Positions 1 to 13,867 are shown, counted from the first letter of the stretch. The stretch: 64,000 nucleotides of DNA from Guillardia theta CCMP2712 (GCF_000315625.1 NW_005434657.1:846130-910129), one strand, 5' to 3'. The notes: a model not told the origin generated them from the sequence alone. A program made the numbers and translations.

Positions 1-651
1 GCTGCTTCGAGTCTAGGAAGGTCACATGGTTCGTCGGCTTTCCCCGGGCGTCCCAAGAGGTCGAGACGAAGTAAGCGCAGATCTTGGACTCGTCCTGCAC
101 CCGGTCGAAGCAGCTCAGAATCGTCTCGATGTTGATGTTTTCTGTCCTTTTCTTCTTCAGCCGCGCATCGACGGCGCTGGTGAAGTACCTGGGCGTCGTC
201 CATCCGTCAGATCTTGCAAGGAGCGGGAGAGTGGCTAGGACGTGGAGGAGAGCACAAGGGAGGGGATTCAGTGAGAGAAAAGTAAGAGGAACGGGGATGG
301 AGGGCGGAGAATGACATGAAATAGGAGGAGGGAGGAGGGAGGAGGGAGGAGGGAGGAGGAAGACATGTAATTTCTTCACCAAGCAGCCGGGTATCCATTC
401 TTGTAAATAATCGTGTCGGGAATGCGGACAAAGGCATGTTTCACTCCCTCAAGTAGGATCTGCCTTATCTTCTTGTTCACAAAGTCTTCGCTGGTGAGAT
501 CGTTCTTCCTGTGCAGCAGCTCGAAGACAAACGACACGTCGTACAAGTAAGCCTCGTTGTTCGTCTTTGCAGTCGACGCCATCTTGTACCTCTCGGTCGA
601 TGAGGACTGCGTCGACGATGTTCGTACACTCACACTGTCTCTATGAGACAT
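1..651 (-). CDS. Conserved-looking protist hypothetical protein, 5' part (continues past the window start)
   Basis: ATG at 651. Exon 651-380 (…IPDTIIYKNGYPAAW) is joined by a GT-AG intron (379-189) in frame to YFTSAVDARLKKKRTENINIETIL…, which stays open to position 1. Confidence 0.65.
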
Positions 652-775
652 GGTCGGACCCTTCAATTCACCTTCTCTCGAGGATGAAACGCTACTGGAT
701 TAGGCCAGCATGAGATGTATGGTTCTTCATCCTGTCAAACTGTCAGACTGACAGTTGTATGCTCGTCTAAAACCT

Positions 776-925
<150 letters not shown>

Positions 926-1606
926 CACTCCTCTGTCTCACTCCTCTGTCTCTCATACTCCCTTCTCCCTGATCTCTTCTCCCTGATCTCTTCTCTCTTC
1001 TCTCTTCTCTCTTCTAACCTCTCTAACTTCATTTCCATTCTGTCATTTGTGTTGGCGCACGTCAGTTGATTTTTTGGTGTTTGACTCGCCCTCCTAACAT
1101 CCACCACCCTACCCCCAGATTCGAAATGTAGTTTATGACCACCCATATTTGATCGTTGAAAATCACTGTTGAGTACCCCGTCCATGACCACCCCACCCCT
1201 CATTCATGATGTCTTTCACCCCTGGTAATCAACGAGTGCGATGTTGAAGAAACTTGGGAACTTCAGAACACAACAGACTCGATGAGAGCAAGAAGAAGAT
1301 ACAAGTTCAGATGACACTGAGATGAGAGGGGCGACGTTTTCATGTCGTGACGGGAGGAGCAACGGAAACAAACCCAGAAAGGGCAGGAGCACACTAAGAA
1401 GTCTCAAGAAGAATCAGCTGAAGAAAAACGCAGGAGTAGCGACAAAGTGAAGTGAGGTGGCGGGCAGGATAACAGGAGGGATGGACCGACCTGCCGACCA
1501 GCTAATAAAATATTTTTCATTGCTAATCATCAGAAGAAATAAAATATCAAACAGGAATTACAAAGTTTCCATATCTACAAATCTGAACAGGGAAAGTGAG
1601 GAGCGC

Positions 1607-2578
1607 TCAGAAGGAACTTCTTCGAACAAACATGTTTGGCATCTCAGGGTTGTTCTGATCGCTGTTTGTTGAGCATGCGGAGTCTTTGCGAACAAACTCA
1701 ACCTCGTTTGCGTTGCTAAGCGCCCTGGTAATCCCTTCTTCAGCCTTGGCCTGTCTTGTCAACCGGCCGTGCAAGGTGCTCTTCTGAAAACGGTCGACGT
1801 TGCTGCTGCCCACGGAATTGCGCGAGCGGAACGAAGAGCCGACAACATTCGAGGAGGATTGCCTCCAGGTCTTCCTGTCGCTGCCTTGGTTCTTGGAGGA
1901 ATCCGTGCAATGTAGGAGGCACTGGACGAGGATTGCGCACGCCTCTCCTTCGAGCTTCTTGTTCTGAATCATCTTCGAGATGTTGAGAACGTTGTTGGCG
2001 TACTTCGAGGCGAGGTCATGCTGGTTCTGATGGAGGTACACCCTCGCCAAGATCTCATGCGCCCTTCCCTCCATGAAAGGGTCCTGGCAATGTCTGGCAA
2101 TCTCCAAAGCCTGCATGCTTGCACGGACCGCACGTTCGAGCTCCAGGACCGAGAGACACTTATCAGCCAGCATGATGGATGACATGCACTCCAGCTCCTT
2201 GTCGCCCGTCGCAAGCGCGTGCGCGATCGACTCTTTCAAGGACTTGATCTCCAGCAAGGTAACAGGGTCTATGCTCGACGAGTACACGGAACCCCGGCGA
2301 CCGTCAAACGAACCTCTCTTGGATACATCATCCATCACCTTTCCTTCAACTTCTTTCGAAGATTCGGCATGCTGTGACGCGCCGGTGTTGTCTGAAACCT
2401 CGTTCTTGCTGCGAGACGACCTCCTGTACGACTTGGTGTGGCTGAATTCGTCTTCGTAGTTTTCAATCCAGAAACGAAGCACCCAATATCCGATTCCGAA
2501 TGTGACCATGACAAAGACCAGGATAGTCAACGACGATGCGTGAACACCCAGTGCGTATGGAAGGCCAAGTGTCACCAT
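1607..2578 (-). CDS. Membrane-anchored TPR-like repeat protein
   Basis: 323-aa single-exon ORF. N-terminal hydrophobic segment (LTILVFVMVTFGIGYWVL). TPR/SNAP-like helical repeats (QALEIARHCQDPFMEGRAHEILARVYLHQNQHDLASKYANNVLNISK…EGEACAILVQCL). Confidence 0.7.
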   Translation of the reverse strand: MVTLGLPYALGVHASSLTILVFVMVTFGIGYWVLRFWIENYEDEFSHTKSYRRSSRSKNEVSDNTGASQHAESSKEVEGKVMDDVSKRGSFDGRRGSVYSSSIDPVTLLEIKSLKESIAHALATGDKELECMSSIMLADKCLSVLELERAVRASMQALEIARHCQDPFMEGRAHEILARVYLHQNQHDLASKYANNVLNISKMIQNKKLEGEACAILVQCLLHCTDSSKNQGSDRKTWRQSSSNVVGSSFRSRNSVGSSNVDRFQKSTLHGRLTRQAKAEEGITRALSNANEVEFVRKDSACSTNSDQNNPEMPNMFVRRSSF

Positions 2579-4189
2579 GGCGGCTCAACTTGTTGAAGAA
2601 GTCGGACGCAAAAAGCAAGCAAGCTGTGTCAATGTGATCAAGTCCCAAAGATAGCTCTTGTCCACACAACGAAAACAAATCTTCGTGATCAAAGACCGAG
2701 TATGCTCCAAGGAAGTGATAGGAAGCGGCTTCAAACAAAGATGATCGACAGGGAAGGAGCGTGAAACAAGCCACGGGTGGGCAGCAGGGTAGGGAACGAT
2801 GGAGGTAACGAATGGATGAAGTGTATATGATGTTCGTGGGATGTGGGGTAGGGGTGGACAAAAAATCTGAAGGGGGCCTTCAAGCGGGGTGGGGTTATGA
2901 TTTTGCAAGTGGGTAAGCTGTGAGAATTGCCAGGCAATCAAAAGACAGGGAGAGGGCATCGATATGTATAGAACATCATTATGCTTATAATGGATACCTG
3001 GACCCTTTACGCTTGGAGCAAACGGCAATGAAACGATTCAGGGAAAACATGGGTGGGTCCAATCATTATAGGCTGACTGGGGTAGGGTAGTGATTGTCCT
3101 TGGGCTCCCAAAGGCCATGCGGGGCACCGGTGCTATAACATTGTAAAACGGTACTTAAAAACATTATTGCAACCAATAATTGTTGTACGCTGCCCTGGTG
3201 GACACGTCCAGGGCTTGGCTGGAGGGGATGACGTTAGGAATTTTCATGGTTCATGAGTGGGGTAGGGTAGTACAAGACGGGACGCCTCTTTGATCCCGAA
3301 GGCAGGGCTCGGAGCGAGGGTGGGGTCCATGGAGGGGTTTATTTTGAGGTGGGACTAACTGTTTGATAGGGGTAGTCATACGTGCAGGTGGGTGGGTTTG
3401 CAGGGTAGTGGTGGGGCAAGGTGGCTGTTTACCATGCCGTTGACTTCGATGTAGAACGTTCGAGGAAAGCACCAAGGTGGGTGGTGGGGATGGCAGGGGC
3501 TGAAAGGGGTTGGTCCTGAAGGTAGAATGAGGGGGTGGGGTCATTTTTCAGGAGGGGGGGTACCACTCCTGGAGTCCTTTATTAATATTGAGAGAAGACA
3601 GGTAGAACTCCAGCTGGATCCTCAACGTAAACTTCCTGATGTCTCCTCATGAATTTTGTAATCATGCTCTTAACTTTGAAATTTCAAGATCATCATTCAG
3701 AAACCGCAGTCCGAAACTGTTGGCTGCTGTAGTAAAGAAAACCCGAATGGTCATGTAGTAAAGTAATACGAAAATCTGAAAATCTCAAGTTTCATTTCAT
3801 GTGCCGGAGTCATAGGGACAGAATCTTTCCTAGTACCAGGTCCTAGGTAATCTCCCCTGGTAGATCTCTTGTGACCAGAAGTTATCTGAAAATAAAAAAG
3901 AAAATGTGGATGATTTAGGCACAATTGTGAAATCTGATCTGTATACTTCAATTTTTAACAACAAATTTGGGGCTAGAGCTCGAAGGTTTTAAAGGTATGT
4001 ACTGCACGGTCTACCGTACTAGTGAAGCGACTGGTACTACCACGGCTGGCTGTCACGGGCACCATCGGAGTGATCAGCAGTGCACTAGAGCGCTTATGTC
4101 ACAGCTGAGGGTGACAGCGCAGCCTCCTTGAGTCAATACCAGGACAAGCACTACCGTACTACTACATCCGGGGGTGCTGCTACTTGATG

Positions 4190-4330
4190 ATCGGACCAGT
4201 CACGGCCGGGCCGCTCCGGAGGCTCAGGCTATCCGGGGGCCGCAGGCCGGCCCCGGCGCCGGGCTGCTAATGAATCCTTGACGGAGTCACATAAACGGTA
4301 CTGATTTTTAACTTAACTTTGAGTAAAGGA
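4190..4330. repeat. CCGG-rich intergenic element copy carrying the CTTTACTCAAAGTTAAGT motif (reverse orientation)
   Basis: GC block at 4201-4265. The reverse complement of 4306-4328 is identical to 58189-58211. Confidence 0.6.
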
Positions 4331-4851
4331 GCCTAGTCACATGGAGTCACGGCAGATCACTCAGTACGAGTAGGATATCGGAGCCCACTGGCCCAGTGCC
4401 CAGCCCAAACTGAGAGAGTCATGACAGATGTAACTTGAAAACTGTACAGCAACGGATATTCTGCGACCAGAGGAAGCATCCTCGGGGTGGGCTGACCCCC
4501 GGGCCTGGTGAAGACTTTATAAGTGTGGGGGCACCTCTAGTCCTTCTCTCTCCTTCTCTCTTTCCCACCCTCTCTCTTTCCTCTGAGTCTCTCTTTTCCT
4601 CCTTCTCTTCTTCCTTACTTAATCTCAGTTACTTCGCTCCGTTCTTCTACTCTTTTCCTCTGCTTCATAAATACTCTTATCCCAGAAGTCAATCACCTAC
4701 CTGCACCCTACTTCGCTACTGCATACAATCCATCGGTTATACCGTACTCTACTACGCCAGGGCTGACTTCTTTCTCCAATACGGCCTTGCTCAGTCTTGG
4801 GATATTCCTACTTTGGTGCACCTACTGCACTGTTCGACTCATCTGTTCAAT

Positions 4852-7800
4852 CTACAAAACATTATCTGACTGGAAAGGACGCAGATTCGTATACTTTCCA
4901 TCATTGCTGAACCCGTTCAGCAGAAACAAATCGTCGGTTAAACAATTCAATGGCACGACAGACTGGACAACCCTCGTACTACCTTGCTGCTGTCTCCGTG
5001 CTGTTCTCCATCCACTTGAGCAGATCAGCTCTACAGAACATCCTCCTCGACGCGACAGCAACCAATCTCTCGTAGAGGTTCTGCTCCTTCAAGTCAGCAG
5101 CGTTACACACACAGACGCTCCTCCCCCTTGCCTCTCGAGGTGTGTCGAACACGATGCTGGCGTTGGCGAGGAAAGAAGTGAGGTACCACCCGCCTTCGTG
5201 GATCTCTCTCTCCAACTGCAGTGGGCCCCATGCAGCAAAGCCGTTGAGCAGCAGCTCATTGGCACAGGTCCTCTCCCCAATGGCAGCGGAGGCAGGAGGG
5301 GGGTCCTCCTTGTCACCCTCCTGCATCTCGTCGAGCTGAGAACGATTCTCCTCCCCTACCTGAGAGTCGTTCCTCGTACTCGATGTTGACGTCTGCGAGT
5401 CAACAGAAACCAGGTTCACGCTGTCCGTCCTATCGTCGTCGCTGTACATGTCCCCAGGCTCCTCGAAGCTGAGGCCCACAGGGCGACTGTGCAGCTTGTA
5501 CGGGGAGGGGAAGACGTAGACGTCGTCGGTGATCATGGTGACGTTCTCTACCTCCCGCGGGACGGTCTTGGAGAGGATCTGTTTCGGGTTCACTCGGCGC
5601 TGAACAGGAGGAGGGCAAGCTCTCATACCATCCTGCCATGCTGATCGTCGTTGAGGCTCACGGGGCCTCCATAGAGGAGAGCGATGTCTGTCAGGGGAGC
5701 TGTCAGAGGAAGAGACGACCCCAGCAGCCCTCCAGCTGTGTTTCACCTCGACCGTTCAGCCCGTCGGTGGAATTTGGAGGGTACATGCCACCGAGGCTGA
5801 GAGAGTCAAGGTCCTGGTTGATGATGACTCCGATAGTTCGCATGTCATTGTGCTCGGTTATCAGAACAACACTTCTGCCAAAGGCGTCGTCTTGCTGCGA
5901 TGCAGTGTAAGACACTGACGAGGCATGCACGAACTGTGAACATCATCCCACCTCACTCCTTTCACTGATCAACAATGTTCCACGTCGAAGTTCAGGGATT
6001 CGTATCCTCCCTATCATCTCCATGATCTTGGGGAAACCCTCAGCTTCTGCGGTCGGCAACAAGGATGCAATCATTCACCACTTGCAACCGCCATATCGTG
6101 CTCGTTGACTGTTTCAGCAGCTGATATGCCCTGCGAGGCATCTGCAGCACGTCCACTGTCAAAGTCTGTCAGGACCAGCATGGACCAGCAAAATTTGGGA
6201 GTCTTGATGACCTAGCTTGCTACTTCCTTCGAGCGAGAGGGTTTCAGGATCGATAGGCAGGCCGTCGTGCCCGTCTTCTGTCGTTCGCAAGACGTTGGTC
6301 AAGACCAGGGGGAGCTGAAAAGGAAGGTGAGAAGGATGCAAGAGAAGAGTTCAACAGAAGACCATCGTCTTCGCAACGTAATACATAGACTGTAACGTCT
6401 GCGGCCATCGCGTCAGTCCACGTAAACATCCTCAATAGAAGACAACACCCGCAGGTCCTCTTCAATATTGTCACTGATTCGGACACCCCTCCCAAAGTAG
6501 ATTCTCATCTTGGCGCTTTCGTTGCTGCGATCCTCGACCTTCAACCACCATCAAAGACCATCGCTGCGTCTTTTCATCTTCACCTCTGTCAACTTCACCC
6601 TTGCGAGCGATCGCATCTGTACTGCATATTGATTCTCCACCTGATTTCCAGTCAAGTTCAGAGCAAGAACAACACCTGCACAGTGCCTGCATTCCAGGAA
6701 ACATGTTGGATATGTTCAAGGACTGGAACTTGCTGATCTGAGATCTCACGCAGTTAATATACCAGGTTAAGATTAGCTTAAGAATGTAACGGTCGTGGGG
6801 GAAAGTGAAATGCACACCTCGCACTCCATCGCAATGCAGCCCGGAGCAGAGTAGCCTGGGCTGAAGGTGGCCTCACGGTTAGAGTCCATGTACAAGATGT
6901 TTGATTGAGATTCGAAACTCCTTCGCAGTGTTTCCAACAAGGCAAATGAATCCGGGAGAAGCCACAAGGCCTCACTGCCTGCAGGTGCCATGGATTCATC
7001 CGCGAGGAAAAACACACAATGAAGCCATACCCGGGGTGAGGATGATGTGTCCGCAGAAGATGGGAATCGGCGGCTTGTCCAACAGGGGCACATGGCTCAG
7101 ATCTTGTACCTCCTAGAGGTGGACATAGCGCTTGTCAATTGACGGCAGTTCAAACTGAGAGATGGTCACTTTCGCTATCTTCTCCATCTCCGTCGGGAAT
7201 ATCAACTTGCAGACTGACGCTAAGGCATAGTTGACGCGAAGAAAGACTGCTATTCCAACACAAGTCAAAATGGTTTCTTGATGTTTAGAATAAATTCATA
7301 CCAGCACTGCCGATCGGGAAGCGGCAAAGTGGGCAGATAGCGTTCTGAGACAAGAGCCAGGATCGGATGCATCGACGACAGAAAGAATGTCCACACTGGG
7401 AGCCATCAATGTGTGAACGCAGGAGGATTAAAAGGAGGCACCTCAAGCGTGGTTGGCTGATAGAGGAGGTTAAGACACATGGCGCATTCGAGAGATTTCT
7501 CCACTTCTTCCCTCCTACCGCTATCGGTGAAGACCGATAGTCAACTTGCCACAGCTTGTACCTGAGGTTTTCTGTGCCATCTTCGGCAACCTTGACGTTC
7601 TTTGAGCTCGACTGATGGAATGGTATCCCTGGCCAGCCCCCTCGCAGCCTGCAACCAACATGTTTGGGCATGGACGAAGGAAGGAAAGTCGGCTCAACAT
7701 ACCTCAGCGAGAAGACTCTTCCTTCTGGTGTTGGAATGCTTGCAAGCTGCTCAGCACGTGGATCAGAGAGCGGCCAATCACCAGAGATCACTTACCCCTA

Positions 7801-7894
7801 TCTTCCTATGTGTAGTCTGCACTGCGGTGAGTTGGACGATGTTTAATAGTGTAACAATCAAGGCTGTGTTGCCGACGGTATGGCGTGCTTGCAT
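4852..7894 (-). CDS. Signal peptide + LRLRGG + C3HC4 RING + Lon-N-like + DUF179 (AlgH/YqgE) protein, multi-exon
   Basis: ATG at 7894 (MQARHTVGNTALIVTLLNIVQLTAVQT). RING: LECAMCLNLLYQPTTLE|CGHSFCRRCIRSW…CPLCR (~7495-7310). IPIFCGHIILTPG resembles the Lon-N start. DUF179 motifs: RRGTLLIS…DDAFGRSVVLITEH…GVIIN and NGFAAWGPLQLEREIHEGGW. Confidence 0.75.
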
Positions 7895-8384
7895 CGATCA
7901 AGGCGTGCTATTTTGATCAATAAACTCTAAATTGCACACCTGAAACATTGTTAGATAACGGAATTTTCTAATTTCGCTCGTAATCCTGCACATGCGAGAT
8001 ATCCACTAATGCGTTCTTCGATTCTTCCTCACCCTTGTCATTGATTTTGTTGCTGATGCTTGTTACATACTCATTGCCCCTCCTCCCTGCCTCCTCACTT
8101 CCTTGCTGATCCATCATCAATCCTCTCCTCCTCCTCTCTCTCCTCCTCTTTACTGTCTAGCAGCATCTCGATCTCTCGTTCGCATGACCGCCATCATCGA
8201 TCCTCCTGTTGCGTCAAGCCATGGTTGAAGCTGCAGGGCCGCAAGAAAATTTTCTCATGTAGAATATCAAAAACAAGTCCGCCTCAGGTATACACATATC
8301 AAATAAAAAAGGCATTAAATTTCTGTTAGGCCGATATTAAACTCGCACTTTCACAGTATGGTCCGCCTCATTTAGGGTTAGCGG

Positions 8385-8630
8385 CTGCTCCGGGCCGCGG
8401 CCCCCGGGCCCGGGGGGCCGCCATGGCTCCACTGCCGTGTTATTATTGTACCTGACCACTCGAAAGTTCGTTTTTGACGGGTAAAAGTTCAGTAACTCCC
8501 GTCAAATGTTCGTGGTAGAGCGTAAAAGAAAGTTTGTAGCCCCTGAAAAGCTCATGTCCTTTCTCCGAAAGTGCGTATTGCCCGGGAAAAGTTCATAGTT
8601 TACTGTCATTGTGTCGTCAAAAGTTCCTTT
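8385..8630. promoter_or_regulatory. CCGG-rich block followed by a phased AAAGTTC array, between divergent genes
   Basis: GC block at 8388-8422. AAAGTTC-like units recur about every 21 bp from 8463 to 8626. The region lies between the starts at 7894(-) and 9038(+). Confidence 0.45.
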
Positions 8631-9037
8631 ACTAACGACCGTTTCATTTCCAGGACCCTCCCACACTCAACCATAGGCATAAGTACCCCCTGGTTCATAG
8701 AGTAATAGCGGCTGGAGTCTAGGGGTACCTCTATGACGGTACCCACCCTCTGTCCACGAGGACCCCATCGTTCTTCGTCAATGCATATTGTGCCCTGCAA
8801 TACGGAGGGGTAGTGGGATTAACATTCAGGGTGGAGGTGACATGGGGGTACTACCAGCATGGTAGGGGTTGTTTGTTGACGGGTCCTTGCAACTTGGTGT
8901 CATCCCGAAACCTGTGGGGTGATAGAAGCGTAAGTTTCACAGGTGGGTAGTTTATTCAAGGGGTAGGGTACATGGTGGAAGAGGGTAGGGGTCAAGTTGG
9001 GCCGGGAGCGGACCGATAGGGTGGGCGTGGAGCGAAA

Positions 9038-12000
9038 ATGATGGAGGAGATGGAGGAGGGAGAGGACGGAAAGATGGGCGACATGAGCGGATCCCCTTTG
9101 GTTCGGTCGCTACGAGCTCGTCTAGAACGCGCTGAGGATCAGTGAGTGGCTTCATGCCTCCTCCTGCTTTCTTTCGGTTTGACTTGCTCGTTGCAGAGTC
9201 CGGCGAGCCCGCGAAAGGGAAAAAGCTCTTCGAGAAAGATTGGAAGGAGATGATATCTCACATTTGCTTGCTGCACAACGCTCACAGGCGGAACTCTTGA
9301 GGTCAACCATTTCCAAGCTGTACACGTTGCATGACGATCGGTGATACTCAGGAAAGAGAATCAGGAACTCAAACATAAGATCGAAGAGCTTAATTCAGGC
9401 AAAAGCGTAGATTTTGAAAGCTCCCCGAATCGGTATTGCTGACAGCAAACAGTTATGTCATAGATTGATATGAATCTATGCAGCGATCAGCTGAAAGAGG
9501 CTCATCGAGTCGCCGACGAAGCACACGACAAATATCGACAGCTATTAAAAGAGCATGGCGAATGTCAAGAGAAGTTGATGGAAAAAGAGCAAGAGAATTC
9601 GAAGGTATACACGAGCCATTTCAAATCTAACTAAATCGTATATCAACAGCTGCAAATGAGTCTGAACGAAGCAAAGAAACAGCTTGAGAGCGTGAGCGAG
9701 CTAGAGAAGAAGGTGATTCTCTGTTACCTGCTGCTACTTTGATTATTAATCCCTCAATGGAAGGTTCAAGACTTGACTAGGCAACTGGAAGATGCCTCCA
9801 ATGATTTGGAATTGGCTGCGGTTGACTTGGATGTTCTGCTAAAGACATGTTGTGACATTTTGAGTAGGAAAGTGATATGAAGAAACAGCGCGAAATAGAA
9901 AATCTGAGTCAAGAAATTGAAATGCAGCAAATGGATATCTTGGCTTTGCAACGACAACTTGCTGAGTCTGCCACGGAAGATGCAGGTGTCTGATATATCG
10001 GTGCTACAAAGCAACACTCACGGTGGACTTGATTGAATTCAGCGCTGATTGTTCAGAGAGATCACGAGATTGCAAGCATGCGAAAAAGCATGACATCTAA
10101 TGAGGTCCATACTTTCTGTTGGGTGATTGCCCTGAGGCTGAGTTTCGATGTTAGGTCCTCGAACAACTGCAAAAAGATTTGGACGACTCAACGAACCTTT
10201 CAAGGTATTCGATGCAACAGAACAGGCGAGAGAATAAGAGATCGCTGTTTCAGATCACGTCAAAAGAAAATTTCCGAGTTGGAATTGCAATTAGAAGATG
10301 CTGGAGTGATGTGGAGAGCTGCTGTGGCTGACGGGCAGGCATTGCGAGCAAAGTTGAATGAGGTAGAGCAATGGGCCTCAAAGGTATCGCAATGCTCTCA
10401 TTTCTCTTGAGCTAATCATGTTCTATCAGTCGATGCATTACAAACAAGAGTTGGAACTCAAGGATAAGGAGTTGACGGAGATCAAACGCGAGATGCAAGA
10501 TAAGACCCTGGACTATGAATCCATGAAGGGGAGGCTGGAAAACGCGCATGCCGACCTGCAGGAATGTCGCGAGAGGATCGCAGAGCTCCTCGAAAGTCAC
10601 GTGAGCAGAGCAACAATGAAGAAGGCATTGCAGATCTCGGCAAGCACCCCTTCCCGTCACTTGTTTCTTACTGATAACTTTGGGTCCAGGAGAAAGAAAT
10701 AGAGGAGAAGGCTGAGGAGGTAACAAGTCACGTTTTGGACGAGAACCCTGAGACAGGTTGTCTTGCGCAGGAAGTGAAACTCAAGGCAGAGCTGTACATG
10801 TCTCGAGAAGAAATTTCAAATTTGAAGTCACAAGCGCACAATACACGAGCTCGTCGAATAAAGAGGCTCCTACAGATGAGGAGTTCCTTGCACGATGTAA
10901 ATTAAGATCGGAGATCATTGCATCGGAGTGATTTCTTTCTTTTATGGTCAGTTTGAACAAATGTTGACAAAAGTTCATAAATCATCCATGCTGCTTGAGC
11001 AGAACAGTATTGGAAAGATCGATAGGTAATCAATTGCTTTTTTTGGAAATGTATTTCTGATCGTGTTCAGGCTGCAAAAGCAAAAACAAGAACTTCTCAA
11101 AAATTTGACCAAGGTATTTGAACAAGAATCAAATCATTCGCAGATGAATCCATTTCTTTGTTTTCCAGACGAATTTTGCATTGGAAGGAAAACAAAAGCT
11201 TGAGCAGCTTTCAAACAAAGACGTATCTGCTCAGATTAAGTATCAACTTACGATGCAATACATCACCTTCTCACCGTATTTCAACAGATTTTTCAAAAGC
11301 AGACTGATTGAGATGGAACAAACAAGTCAAGTCGACAAGGACAAATTGGAAGATTTCGATCACTACGCTTCTGATTTGAACATCGGGCTGATACGAGTCG
11401 AGGAAATGGTGATAATGTGTGAGAACCGTTTGAAGGAGGTCATCAGGAAGTTGAAGGTGTAGCCTCAGAAAGGAGAGAATGCTTGTCGCGACTGAATCAC
11501 ATCCAGATGAAAGGATTTTCCGTGATAGGTGGGATGTTTGACTATCACAGAGACTCGGGGATTTCCAAACAGAAGAACAGGTTGTCCCCAGTTCACCAGC
11601 TGTTCCTTGAACTACAGGATCAAGACGATTTTCTTGACCCTGTCAACATTGACTTTGCTCCCGTGAGCGAAGCTGAGTCCAGAGATGTTGAGAGCTACAA
11701 GAGGAGGGTGTGTCCATTTTGACCCGCTTTGAGATTCCATTCATTCATTGTAGGTTGAGGAGTTGGAGGAGAAATTACAGCTTCTACGCTCAAACTCTGT
11801 CCCTATCGAGGAATACAAACAACTCTCAGAAGGAGTATTGAACGAATGTGCATCTGTTCAAAAGAATGCGATGCAAAACATCAGCGAGAGGTTTGCTTTC
11901 AACTGTTATGTCATAGAAAATGATCTGGTTCGTGGTTCTGATAGGTTCCGAAAGCAAGGAGACGTAATCGCGAATCTGGAACGTGAAAAACGTATCCTTG

Positions 12001-13778
12001 GATGCTGCTTGCTTTCCTGTCTTACTCAAAAGACAGGAGAGCTTTCTCAGTCCCTCCAGACTGCTAACTCAAACCTGAGCCATTTCAGGTGACCTCGAAC
12101 GCTTCTTTGCTGAGGCTGGAATGACAGAAGAATGTTTTGAAATCAGATCCTCGCTTGCTTACTACAAAAGTACTCTTCAACAAGCACAGAAGGAATACGC
12201 AAGACAGAAATCAGAATTGATGGCAACGGTATCCAATCTGCAGAACAGGTGTGATCAGCTTGTCAAGAAGGCGTTACAAGAGTGTAACATGGAATTTTGA
12301 AGGTTGAAACAGACGCAAAAGGAATTAGAGGATGCGCAAGATCATATCAACAAGAGAACACAGTCAACAGAACAATCTTTGCGTGATTTACAGGTATTCA
12401 ACAACAGCTGCATGTGAAATTTTCTGATGAGATCTCAGCTTCAACTCAACGATGCACGGAACGGCAAAGCTTTGGTTGAAGCAGAACTACACTCGGCAGA
12501 GCAGGACATAATTAAGCTAAAGTCCGTCATTAAGTATGCAACCGACGCTGTTCGCAAAGCTGCGGAACAGAGATCCGAGTTGACTGCGATGATCAACGAA
12601 GGTTGAATATGTTTCTGCTGGGGTTGGATAGTCATTGGAATTATGGCAGGTGAAGTTGAGAAGGAGAAATTTGAAGAGATGAATGCAAAACTTGCCGAGA
12701 TCGAGCAAGATCGATCAGAAATATTTCAAAAACTGAGCGAAAGTATATACAGAGAACATCAAGCCCTTCGGCAGTGAGTCCTAGGAGTATGGGAGGGAAT
12801 GGATCAGGAGTGATGGTGGTTCAGGCTGGATGAAGTCAAACACCGGGAAGGTATAGCTCTCGAAGAGTTGGAACGATTGCGGAACGAAGTGAAAGAGAGC
12901 AAGTCGAGCGGGGACAGTCAACACCTGCAGGTGAGGGGCAGATGTTGATGTGGGTTGTTGGACCTGATCCTTGAACAGATACAGGAGAAAGCGCAGGAGA
13001 TGAACCTGTTGAGGATGAACACAGCTCCTCTTGCCAGGAGCATCACGGAGGAAGTCAGATCCATTCGTGAAGATCTTCAGAAGAGCGCAGCTCTGTGGAC
13101 GCTGCCGAATGAGCGACTGCTGGAGGAGCGAGCGAGGTATCGTGACCAAATCATTCGGTTGGAAGGACAGATCTCCGAACATACAAGACAGATGCTTCAG
13201 GTTCTTGTTCTGCCCTGTCCCGCCGACGACTGACATGTCCGATTCACCAGGTGACGCAAGACTATGAAGAAAGATTGAGGAGAGCTGAAGGGCAGCGTGT
13301 GCGTCGGAGCTGGGCACAAACACAAGAAGCGAGCAAGGCCGAGGTGAACAGCGTGAAGCCTGAGAAGCCCAAGTCAACACCCAAGGAGAGGAAGGAGAGG
13401 AAGGTTGAGGGTAAAGTCTCACCCCAGCGCATGAGAGCAGCCATGTCTCCGCTTCGATCGCCGAAACCTGTCAAGTCGGACAGCGACAGCGACAGCGACG
13501 AGTCGAGGCTGGCGAGGAGGATGAAGCGAGTGAGCGCGGCACATAAGGCAGAGGCGACGAGGAGGGAACAAGTTAGGCAGGCAGTGGATGAGGAGTCCAA
13601 CGATGAGGACGACTACGTCCGATCCAGCAGAGTTCGTTTCTCTCGCGATGGGACCCCAGCCAAGGCGGTGGAGGAGCGAGGGGGCCAAGTGAAGGAGGAG
13701 AAGGTGAACGGAAGGCCGTCGCTGGGAAGCTCGTTCCTCGCGGCGATGGAGATAGAGCAGAGGATGTTCGGACGATGA
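9038..13778 (+). CDS. Large coiled-coil protein (many short exons)
   Basis: ATG at 9038. Series of E/K/Q/L-rich heptad exons separated by ~50-nt GT-AG introns. The last exon ends …MEIEQRMFGR* at 13778. Confidence 0.75.
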
Positions 13779-13867
13779 TGGGGGAGGGGAGAATCACTTG
13801 TAAATTCAAAGAGATGAGCTTGTTAAGAAGCAAACAATAATGTCAAGGTGTTTCAGGTGTCAAGGTC

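Noticed and set aside
8460-8630. CRISPR-like repeat-spacer array
   Set aside because: The repeats are only 7 bp and degenerate, the spacers are ~14 bp, the context is eukaryotic, and there are no cas genes.
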